A stretch of 64,000 nucleotides of DNA from Alphaproteobacteria bacterium (GTDB lineage Bacteria > Pseudomonadota > Alphaproteobacteria > Rs-D84 > SZUA-605). The stretch is from positions 160,001 to 224,000 of the forward strand of contig JAVBPW010000001.1 in the NCBI GenBank assembly GCA_031549385.1, read 5' to 3'. Positions within the stretch are counted from its first letter, which is position 1; every line of letters starts with the position of its first letter. The notes beneath the pieces are model-generated. The model did not search any database. It saw only the letters and a program-made list of their open reading frames with translations, and was not told the DNA's origin. This document shows positions 16,949 through 25,289 of the stretch, one piece after another. The translations under genes were made by a program, and so were the position numbers.

Positions 16949-17827
16949 TTACTTCTTGTCTTTAACTACAACTTCTGGAGCTTGACCACTTGGAGAATTA
17001 GCAGGCTTTGTGTCTGGTGTTTGACTTATTGGGCTATTTGCTGTTGAAGTATCTTTATCTTCTATACAATTATCACCTAAAGGCCTGTATCCTTTGTTAC
17101 ATTCAACTTTACAACCATTTATTTGAAAATATACCCATTTTCCATTAGGAACTGGAGATTTTAAATCACATTCCGCTTTTTTCTTCATTTGTTCTTCATT
17201 GCTTAATTCAAGAGCTTTTTGGCTTTGCTTTTGCAAATCTTTCTTTTCTTTGTTTTGAACTATGTTATAGATACCTGATCCAACAGCTGCTACTGATGTT
17301 CCTATTGCTACTGCTGTTGCAGTTTTCTTGCCTTTTTCAGCTTTTTGTTTGTCACCTTCAAGTTCAGCATATTTTTCGGCCCATTCATTTATTGCTTCTA
17401 CATGATTTTTATTCATTGCATCACATTCTGTTTTAAACATTCTGTAATTTAGGCTCACACGTTGGGCTATTTCTTCATAGATAATAGCTTTACATGTGCT
17501 GTTAGAAGTTGGAAGACCAGAACCTTGCAATACGCTATAAATTGAAGTTGCATCTGTACAAATATTGTTTGCACAATATGTATCAAGTAATTTTGTTACA
17601 TCATCTTTCTTACAATTATCAACCTGAGAAGTTACCTGGGAAGAAGTAGTTGTTGCAGTTGCTGATGCTGCAGTGGTTGATTGTGTCTGAGAAGGTGATC
17701 TTGATTGTTGAGCAGCTTGAGCCCTGCTGTTATCTTTTCCACCTGTTCCTTTCAAAGATGGTCTGCTTTGGGCATACACCTGAGATGTTGCCATTATACA
17801 AACTAAAAGGGTAAGCAGTTTTTTCAT
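16949..17827 (-). CDS. Secreted hypothetical protein, S/T/Q-rich linker and Cys-containing domains
   Basis: Signal peptide, internal small-residue hydrophobic segment, C-terminal Cys cluster. Confidence 0.75.
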   Translation of the reverse strand: MKKLLTLLVCIMATSQVYAQSRPSLKGTGGKDNSRAQAAQQSRSPSQTQSTTAASATATTTSSQVTSQVDNCKKDDVTKLLDTYCANNICTDATSIYSVLQGSGLPTSNSTCKAIIYEEIAQRVSLNYRMFKTECDAMNKNHVEAINEWAEKYAELEGDKQKAEKGKKTATAVAIGTSVAAVGSGIYNIVQNKEKKDLQKQSQKALELSNEEQMKKKAECDLKSPVPNGKWVYFQINGCKVECNKGYRPLGDNCIEDKDTSTANSPISQTPDTKPANSPSGQAPEVVVKDKK

Positions 17828-17875
17828 AATTTACCTTTTGACACTTAATTTTATTTACTTTAGTATATCACAAAC

Positions 17876-18523
17876 ATGGATACAAAGCAAAAAAAATTTT
17901 ATGGACGCAGATGTGGAAAACAATTAACTCCTAATCAAAAAAGATTAATGAAGGAAGTGTTTCCTTTATTGCAATTAAAATCGGATTTTAAATTAAATCC
18001 AGAATTTAAAAAAGTTCATCTTGATATTGGTTTTGGTACTGGAACTAATTTAGTTGCTAAGATTCAAAAAAATCCTGATGTATTTTTTATTGGAGCTGAA
18101 CCTTTTATTAATGGGGTTGCTCAATTTTTAAGTTACTTATCAAAAGATTTTTATAAACAAATTGCACTACATTCTGATGATATTTTAGAAATGTGGGATA
18201 ACTTTGATGATGAAATGTTTGATAAAATTTATCTTTTATATCCTGATCCATGGCCTAAGAAAAAACATGAAAAAAGAAGATTTGTTAGCATAGATAATTT
18301 AAACAAACTTGCTCGAATCCTTAAAACTAATTCGACTATTGATATTGCTAGTGATATTTCTGAATATCTTGATTTGCTTCGAGAAAATCTCAAAAATATA
18401 GATAATTTAAAGATTATTTATGATTCAAAAAATCCATATGAAAATTGGGTTACTACAAAATATGAACAAAAGGCTTTTAGGGAAGGAAGAGTTCCACAAT
18501 ATATTACTATACAAAAAATTTAG
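17876..18523 (+). CDS. trmB: tRNA (guanine-N7) methyltransferase TrmB
   Basis: DIGFGTG, GAEPF.NGV, YPDPWPKKKHEKRR, TKYEQKA. Confidence 0.95.
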   Translation: MDTKQKKFYGRRCGKQLTPNQKRLMKEVFPLLQLKSDFKLNPEFKKVHLDIGFGTGTNLVAKIQKNPDVFFIGAEPFINGVAQFLSYLSKDFYKQIALHSDDILEMWDNFDDEMFDKIYLLYPDPWPKKKHEKRRFVSIDNLNKLARILKTNSTIDIASDISEYLDLLRENLKNIDNLKIIYDSKNPYENWVTTKYEQKAFREGRVPQYITIQKI

Positions 18524-18861
18524 TTCTTTTCTTTATATTGAACTTCGATTGTTTGTTTTGTTTCTTTTTGATGTTTGTATTGTTGATAATATTCATTCTT
18601 TTCACAAGGAGCACCATTATCGTCATATCCATAGCCCATTGAACATGTGATTGATTTCTTTTGTGATATAACTCTTACATTTGGAGATGGTGAATAAACT
18701 TGTTCTGCTGGATTATAATCTACTCCACTTAATTCTGAATATGTATATTGAGTAGTTGTAGCTGAAGACTCTGAATTAATTGCTGTTGAGTGCTCAACTG
18801 GAACATCATTTGATGATGAACATCCAGCGAGCACTAATAAAACAACAAGCAATTTTTTCAT
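18520..18861 (-). CDS. Lipoprotein of unknown function
   Basis: LAGC lipobox. Confidence 0.75.
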   Translation of the reverse strand: MKKLLVVLLVLAGCSSSNDVPVEHSTAINSESSATTTQYTYSELSGVDYNPAEQVYSPSPNVRVISQKKSITCSMGYGYDDNGAPCEKNEYYQQYKHQKETKQTIEVQYKEKN

Positions 18862-18862
18862 A

Positions 18863-19513
18863 CTATTTATTTGGTATAATCTTAATTTCTACACGTCTGT
18901 TTTGTTGACGACCAGCTGCAGTTGCATTGCTTGCAATTGGGTTAGATTTTCCAAATCCTAAAGTTGTAAAACGAGCTGCTTTTAAACCTTGGCTTTGTAA
19001 GTATGCAGCAACAGAGTTTGCTCTTTGTTTTGACAATTGGTCATTATGAGCATCTGTTCCTGTGTTGTCTGTATATCCTGATACCATGATTGTTGTTGTA
19101 TCATATTTTTTGAATACTTTTGCAATTGAATTCAATGTTGCATAGAAACCTGAATTAATATCAGATGAGTCTGATGTAAATGTTATGTTTCCTGGCATGA
19201 TAAGAAGAATTTCATCACCACTACGTAATACTGATACTCCAGTTGAAGCTAGTTCTTCTCTTAATTGAGCTTCTTGTGTATCCATATAGTATCCAACTCC
19301 GCCACCTACTGCTGCGCCAGCTGCTGCACCAATTAATGCTCCTTTACCTTTATTTTTTGATGTTAATGCTCCTACTGCTGCACCACCTGCTGCTCCTGCC
19401 ATTGTTCCCCAAGTTGCTTTTGAAACTTTTTGTTCTTGAGTGTATGGATCAGTTGTTGTACATGCTGATGCTAATACAGCCATTGCCATTAAAGATATTA
19501 TTGATTTTTTCAT
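18863..19513 (-). CDS. OmpA-family lipoprotein with glycine zipper (YiaD-like)
   Basis: Lipobox, GAAAGAAVGGGVGYYMD zipper, GYTD...LSKQRA...NRRVEI. Confidence 0.93.
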   Translation of the reverse strand: MKKSIISLMAMAVLASACTTTDPYTQEQKVSKATWGTMAGAAGGAAVGALTSKNKGKGALIGAAAGAAVGGGVGYYMDTQEAQLREELASTGVSVLRSGDEILLIMPGNITFTSDSSDINSGFYATLNSIAKVFKKYDTTTIMVSGYTDNTGTDAHNDQLSKQRANSVAAYLQSQGLKAARFTTLGFGKSNPIASNATAAGRQQNRRVEIKIIPNK

Positions 19514-19578
19514 TTTTTCATTCCTCTTTTTTTATGAATTAAATAACATTATAGCCAAGAGTTTTTAAAAAAAAAGTA

Positions 19579-20049
19579 TTATTTTACATTATTAAAATAA
19601 TCAAGCGCACCTTGAAGAAAATAAGATGCTGCTAGTTTATCTATTATCTTTTTTCTTTTGCCCCTGGACATATCAAATTCATTGATTAATTGCTTTTGCA
19701 TAAATTGAGATGAAAACCTTTCATCCCAAAAAATTTGTGGAAGATTTATATTTTCTTTTAAATTATTTGAAAAGTTTTGAACTTGAATAGAAATATCTGA
19801 ATCTATACCAGACATTTTTTGAGGAAGACCTATTATAAATCCACCTATATTATTTTCTTTTATTAATTTTTGAATTTGAACTAAATTAGTTTTAATTCCT
19901 TTGTTCTCAATTACTATTAATGGAAAAGCTATTTTAAAATCTGCTGATGAAATTGCGAATCCAATTTGTTTAGAACCAAAGTCAATTGCTAATACTCTTT
20001 TTTTTTCTTTTAAAATTGGTTCAAAAAAAGATTTTACTTCATTATTCAT
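19579..20049 (-). CDS. ruvX: Holliday junction resolvase-like RuvX/YqgF
   Basis: LAIDFGSKQIGFA, GLP, WDERFSS, DKLAA. Confidence 0.92.
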   Translation of the reverse strand: MNNEVKSFFEPILKEKKRVLAIDFGSKQIGFAISSADFKIAFPLIVIENKGIKTNLVQIQKLIKENNIGGFIIGLPQKMSGIDSDISIQVQNFSNNLKENINLPQIFWDERFSSQFMQKQLINEFDMSRGKRKKIIDKLAASYFLQGALDYFNNVK

Positions 20050-20050
20050 A

Positions 20051-20620
20051 TTAAAAACAATCTAACTTTTCATCAATATATGGATCATCAACTATATCAC
20101 CAGTTTTTGGATCTTCTGTCCAACAACCGATATCATCACCTAAAATATCAAGTCCATCTGGAGTTGTTCCTAATACTTCTGGACCATCACCTTTAGCAGC
20201 TTCGTTTGCTTGATCCTTTTGAGGTGTTTGTGTTGCAAATGGATTTGCAAGTGTTGTTTTTTCTTCTGGCTTTGCTATAGGTTCTGGAGATGGTGCAGGT
20301 GGAGTTGTGGTTGTAAATGGATTATCCAACTTAGCCTTTTCTTCAGGCTTTGATTCTGCAGCAGCAAAAGGATTTTCTAAGGCTATTTTTTCTTCTTTTT
20401 TCTCATCTTTTGCCGGTGTTTCATCCTTTTTTTCTTCAGAAGTCTTTGCTGTTTCTTGAGCTTTTTTTGCTTGTGAGGCAATTATTTTTTGTGTTCCTTT
20501 TCCTGCTGATTTTGCACCTGCAAAAAAATAATCAACTACTTTTGAAATAGGTTTAGAAAATACTGTTCCTACGCCTATTCCTAATATCGCAAAGATAAAT
20601 GCAAATAATACTTTTTTCAT
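20051..20620 (-). CDS. Membrane-anchored protein sharing its C-terminal module with VirB10
   Basis: N-terminal hydrophobic helix, P/T/K/E linker with three NPF motifs, ends GDDIGCWTEDPKTGDIVDDPYIDEKLDCF. Confidence 0.85.
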   Translation of the reverse strand: MKKVLFAFIFAILGIGVGTVFSKPISKVVDYFFAGAKSAGKGTQKIIASQAKKAQETAKTSEEKKDETPAKDEKKEEKIALENPFAAAESKPEEKAKLDNPFTTTTPPAPSPEPIAKPEEKTTLANPFATQTPQKDQANEAAKGDGPEVLGTTPDGLDILGDDIGCWTEDPKTGDIVDDPYIDEKLDCF

Positions 20621-20633
20621 TTTTGTATACCTC

Positions 20634-22910
20634 TTAAAAACAATCTAATGTTTCATCTATATATGGGTCGTCAACTATATCACCTGTTTTAGGATTTTCT
20701 GTCCAACAACCGATATCATCACCCAAAATTTCATAACCTTCTGGTGTTGAACCAATAAACTCTGGTTCTGCAGCAGCTGGAGCTGCAACTGGAGCTTGTG
20801 CACCTGCTTGAGTAATCTTAAATGGATCTTCTTTTACAGGAGCTGGAGTATCTTTTGGTTTACTTATTTGTGCTTCAAATCCTGCTTGTTGGATATCCTG
20901 GAAAGCTTGGTTTGATTTTGCAAGCTCTGTTTCATACGCTTTTCTTGATGGATCTTCTATCTCTTTTGGTGCTTCAATAACTCCTGCTAAAGCAGCACCT
21001 GCTGGAGCAAACGGAATAGATATTTCGTCTGAAAATCTTAACATTATATCTTTTGTTGGATATACAGTAATACGAGTTCCAGCTGGAACTTCAAATGGTG
21101 GTGTATTATTAGCCATTGAATCTTCGACAAATTTACTAGCAATTGTATTCCAAGTTCTTATTAATTCTTTCTTTGCATTTTCTGTTGATTTTTCAGTTCC
21201 TTGAATTTGTTGTGTTGTTGAACCATTTGTATCAAGAATAATTTTTGAAGTATATGCTTGAGATACTGGATCAAGTAAGTTTATTGCTGCTGGAACAAGA
21301 GCAGTTATCATTGGTTTTACAAATTGTTCCAAATAATCTGTTGCACCTTTTCCAGGAACGCCTAACTTTCCTTGAGCATCAGCAGAAATAGCTTGTCCTT
21401 CTTCAAATGTAAATTCAGCACCATCTGGTCTTATTATTCTTAACCAATGTATTTGAACTTTTGAATATGATACATATGTTGCTGGCCATTGTCCTGTTGC
21501 TTGACCTAATAACTTTGACCCTGCTGGGATAATTACAGTTCTTCCATTTTCACCATAAACATTCCTTTCAACAATTCCAATTGCAGGCATTTGAGGATAA
21601 CCTTTTGATGTAAATACTGGATATGCTATTACTGCAGGAATTGGCTTGTATCTTCTTATTACATAAGTTTCATCTTTTGGTGGAGATGACATTTGATGAC
21701 CTGCTGTAACAGTATAAGGAACTTTTGAATTTACATAAGATTCATAAACTTCTTTTGAATTAGCAACTCTTCTTGCATCTATACCGTTAACTTTAGTTCC
21801 ACCACCTTGACCTTTGGCTGCTATTCTTGCTTCTCTTCTTGCTTTTATTTTTCCTGCCCAGATTTCTGAATCTTGAGCTTTCTTATTATCATAATCAAAC
21901 CAATTATCTGGAATTACTATATCCAACATATTTTTTAATTTTGCCTGTGAGAATCCGTCATTGTCATAACCTATTAAATTTCCGTTATCATCAAAAATTT
22001 TTCCATCTTTGCCTAATTTTCCAAGCACCTTTGTACATCTGTGAGAGTAAACTGTTTTATCTGGGCGAATCCAACCAATTGGATTTCCATTTAAACCATA
22101 GGCTGTTATTGCATATTTTTTACAGTCAATTACAGGAACTATTTCTTTTAATCCAGTTACTGGTTTTGCTGCATTAATTGTTGGAGTTTTAATAGGTTTA
22201 ATATCATCAAATAATGGCTTTGTTACTTTTAATGGTTCTTGCTTTGGTTCTTCTTTTGGCACAAAAACAGGCACTGGTTCAACCACTGGTTCACGAATTA
22301 TTTTTGGTTCTTCTTTTGCAGTTTTTAAATTCAAAAGAATTATAGAAGAATTTGTCTTTGGTGTTAATGATGATAAATCTTCCCATGAAATTACTATGTT
22401 TAAAGTTTTTTCTTCAGAAACAATTGGAAACCATGAAATGTCAATCGTACAACTGTTTAAGGCTGGAACTAATTTATCAAGTTGATCACAATCATCTTTT
22501 ATAATTACTGATGGATGTAATGGGTCTAATTTTACTGAGTTGATTTTTATTTCACCCTCAAGTGCTGTTATAATTATCTTATCATCAAATGATGAATTAA
22601 CTTTTTGTGATAATGCATCAACTTTATCTTTTGAAAAATTAATTTTTGCTTCAATATTTTTTACTGGAGCTACATTAACTGGAGTTATTTTATCTTCAAT
22701 TTTTTTGCTTTTAGGACTTGGTATAATTCCTATAATAAATACTAATGCTAAAAATGTTGCTATACCAAAAAGTATCCAATTATATTTAGATATTTTTTTT
22801 TGTGTAATTACAGTTGTGTCATTTTTAATTGTAGTAGAGGAACTTCCGTTTTGTCCGGAAGTATCTTTCTTCTTAAATAAATTACTGAAAAATTCTTTTA
22901 TCTTTTTCAT
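20634..22910 (-). CDS. virB10: Extended VirB10/TrbI-like T4SS core protein
   Basis: TM helix, Pro-rich linker, VERNVYG...IIPAGSKLLG...WLRIIRPDG...DAQGKLGVPG...PAGTRITV TrbI domain. Confidence 0.85.
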   Translation of the reverse strand: MKKIKEFFSNLFKKKDTSGQNGSSSTTIKNDTTVITQKKISKYNWILFGIATFLALVFIIGIIPSPKSKKIEDKITPVNVAPVKNIEAKINFSKDKVDALSQKVNSSFDDKIIITALEGEIKINSVKLDPLHPSVIIKDDCDQLDKLVPALNSCTIDISWFPIVSEEKTLNIVISWEDLSSLTPKTNSSIILLNLKTAKEEPKIIREPVVEPVPVFVPKEEPKQEPLKVTKPLFDDIKPIKTPTINAAKPVTGLKEIVPVIDCKKYAITAYGLNGNPIGWIRPDKTVYSHRCTKVLGKLGKDGKIFDDNGNLIGYDNDGFSQAKLKNMLDIVIPDNWFDYDNKKAQDSEIWAGKIKARREARIAAKGQGGGTKVNGIDARRVANSKEVYESYVNSKVPYTVTAGHQMSSPPKDETYVIRRYKPIPAVIAYPVFTSKGYPQMPAIGIVERNVYGENGRTVIIPAGSKLLGQATGQWPATYVSYSKVQIHWLRIIRPDGAEFTFEEGQAISADAQGKLGVPGKGATDYLEQFVKPMITALVPAAINLLDPVSQAYTSKIILDTNGSTTQQIQGTEKSTENAKKELIRTWNTIASKFVEDSMANNTPPFEVPAGTRITVYPTKDIMLRFSDEISIPFAPAGAALAGVIEAPKEIEDPSRKAYETELAKSNQAFQDIQQAGFEAQISKPKDTPAPVKEDPFKITQAGAQAPVAAPAAAEPEFIGSTPEGYEILGDDIGCWTENPKTGDIVDDPYIDETLDCF

Positions 22911-24304
22911 TGAATTCTAACCACACTGCAATTGATATTTTTCTTTGATAATCTTGTGCAAATTTCACTTCCTTGTTCAAGTGTAATTTTGCCACGAGCT
23001 GGTTTTATTCTTAATCTGTATACTTCTGCACCGTGATAAGGTTTATTGCCTAATTCGTCTACTGTATTTGTATCAACTGTGTAGTATGGGTCGAACCCAC
23101 TTACTATTTCATTGAAGTTTTCATTTGAAATTAATTCATTCCATACTTTTTGTAATTCTGCAATAGTTCCTGATTTAGCAAGTTCAATTGCTACGTCATC
23201 TTCGTATTGATATACAAATGGAGTGTTTCTTGTTGGTAAGAAATATCCTGCCGGATAATCAACTCTCATCACAGGTTCATATGTTTGATGTGGAATTTCT
23301 GCAATCAATGGATTTCTGTATGTTTGTTCTCTTGTATAAACATCTTCAAATACATCGCCTTTTGGTTGTGCTTTGGGTTGATATGTTTCTTGACCAATCA
23401 TTTCACCTGTTGGATATTGTGATACTAGGAATGGTTTGTCTCTTTTTTTGATGCAAACTATTCTTTGTCCATTACGCAATACCATATCACCTATTCCTTC
23501 AATTACCATCAATCTTGAATTAGGTCCTTCTGAACGAAATGAAACTGGAGCTTCTCCACCTTCTACTAATATAGATACTACTGGTCTTTGGTACATTGAA
23601 ACTGCTTTTTCACCAAAATCTATATAAGTGAAAATTTTATCTCTCCAAACTCTTTCTGGAGCTATTATATAATCATCTGGGTTTGGCACAAAGATATCTA
23701 AATCAAAACGAAATTCTGTTGGATCAACTGGAATTGTTTTTATCCAACTGTAATCTTCACCATCCATATATGTTCCTTTGGTAGAATTTTGAGAACCTAT
23801 TCCTGGAATTGTCGCCACACCTGAACCTGATGAAAATTTACCTTTTGATTTTCCATTTTGTGAAGCTTTAATATTTACTATTGTATTTGTTATAGTTTCT
23901 GTATTTACACCTTCTGACTTTAAGTAAAAAGCATATTTATTTCCAGATACTCCAAATACTATCATGTTTGTATCTGATCCTGTGTATCCTGCTGTTGGAG
24001 TTGCCATAAGAGTATTTTTTGCAACTGTTTTTACTTCGAAGAAATCTGCTTCTCCTACATATGCATCTTTAATAGTTTCCCATGCCGGAAAATTTATAAC
24101 CGTTACCATTCCTTCACGTAATCTTAATTGAAGAATTTTATCTGGGGACCATTCAAGTTCTGAATATCCAGGAGCTAATTGATCTGAACCCATATTTTGA
24201 TATGGATTTTCCCATGCTGGTTGAACACCAAGTTCTCCGTCTGATTGAGCAGATGCAAAACCTGATATAAACACAACGCTTAAAAATAAAATTAATTTCT
24301 TCAC
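22907..24304 (-). CDS. virB9: VirB9/TrbG-like protein with C-terminal SPOR-like domain
   Basis: Signal peptide, TNMIV, PERVWRDKIFTYIDF, VLRNGQRIVCI; C-terminal YRLRI...EICTRLSKKNINCSVV. Confidence 0.82.
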   Translation of the reverse strand: MKKLILFLSVVFISGFASAQSDGELGVQPAWENPYQNMGSDQLAPGYSELEWSPDKILQLRLREGMVTVINFPAWETIKDAYVGEADFFEVKTVAKNTLMATPTAGYTGSDTNMIVFGVSGNKYAFYLKSEGVNTETITNTIVNIKASQNGKSKGKFSSGSGVATIPGIGSQNSTKGTYMDGEDYSWIKTIPVDPTEFRFDLDIFVPNPDDYIIAPERVWRDKIFTYIDFGEKAVSMYQRPVVSILVEGGEAPVSFRSEGPNSRLMVIEGIGDMVLRNGQRIVCIKKRDKPFLVSQYPTGEMIGQETYQPKAQPKGDVFEDVYTREQTYRNPLIAEIPHQTYEPVMRVDYPAGYFLPTRNTPFVYQYEDDVAIELAKSGTIAELQKVWNELISNENFNEIVSGFDPYYTVDTNTVDELGNKPYHGAEVYRLRIKPARGKITLEQGSEICTRLSKKNINCSVVRIQ

Positions 24305-24314
24305 AACTCTCTCC

Positions 24315-24977
24315 CTAGTAGCTTACTTTTCTGTTATATTCATATTTACTTATTACAAATCCAAACGGATTTTTCAAGCGATCTTTGTATGGTAAGTATA
24401 TTTTTTGCTTTGAAAATTCGCAAGTTATAAATACTTCAAATTCTTGTTCATTGTTTATATAAACTTTTCCACTTTGATCATAGTCTGTTATAGTTCCTTT
24501 TACCTGGTATCTTCCAGAAGATTCAAGATATGAGATAGATTTAATATCTACCACTCTTGTTAATTTCTTTGGATTTCCACTTCCTATTATTTGTTTATAT
24601 AATTCATCAGATACAAATTCATTATAAACATTTTTAGTCGATGCGTAAAATAAATAACTTGATGGACCCCAAAGTTCATAAACCTTTAATGGACTTAATG
24701 AAAATTGTTCACGTTGTAAAACATATTTCTTGATTAAAACTTTTTGAATGAAGTCACCTTGCAATTGTTCCATAGTTAAATCTTTTTGCAAGTAAACTTG
24801 TTTATTTTCTAAATCATCAATTTGTAAATAATATGGTTGAACTTTTTGAATTGGAAAAAAAGCAACGAAAGCTAATGCTAATATAACATTAGTTATTAAT
24901 GATATACCACATAAGATTGTTAAAAACCTTGAGGTTAACCATAAACTTTCAACTGTCTTTTGATATGAATCTGCCAT
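24315..24977 (-). CDS. virB8: VirB8-like protein
   Basis: Single TM, KVQPY, KKYVLQRE, C-terminal RLKNPFGFVISKY. Confidence 0.85.
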   Translation of the reverse strand: MADSYQKTVESLWLTSRFLTILCGISLITNVILALAFVAFFPIQKVQPYYLQIDDLENKQVYLQKDLTMEQLQGDFIQKVLIKKYVLQREQFSLSPLKVYELWGPSSYLFYASTKNVYNEFVSDELYKQIIGSGNPKKLTRVVDIKSISYLESSGRYQVKGTITDYDQSGKVYINNEQEFEVFITCEFSKQKIYLPYKDRLKNPFGFVISKYEYNRKVSY

Positions 24978-25041
24978 TTCCCCTTTCCTATTTTATTACA
25001 TACTAGCAACGCAGATAAAAATGTGCAAGAAAATTCTTGCT

Positions 25042-25182
25042 TTATTTTGGTTGCGGTAGCGTCAATTCTTTTGGGATTATCAAACGTTTGTTCTCTTCAA
25101 CTTGTTTTTCACAATCACATGATGAAAATGTAGAACAGCCTGAAATTAAACCTAAACAAAATAGAAGTACAATTTTTTTCAT
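25042..25182 (-). CDS. Small lipoprotein, VirB7-like by position (not in ORF track)
   Basis: AAGGAG RBS; MKKIVLLFCLGLISG-CSTFSSCDCEKQVEENKRLIIPKELTLPQPK, 46 aa. Confidence 0.75.
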   Translation of the reverse strand: MKKIVLLFCLGLISGCSTFSSCDCEKQVEENKRLIIPKELTLPQPK

Positions 25183-25289
25183 TTCTTTCTCCTTAATATT
25201 GGTGTTTATTATAAGAAAGAGTTAAAAAAAAGCAAGAATTCTTGCAAAAAAGTTTTTTTTAATTAAAAATAAGGCAAAAGGATTTTTTA

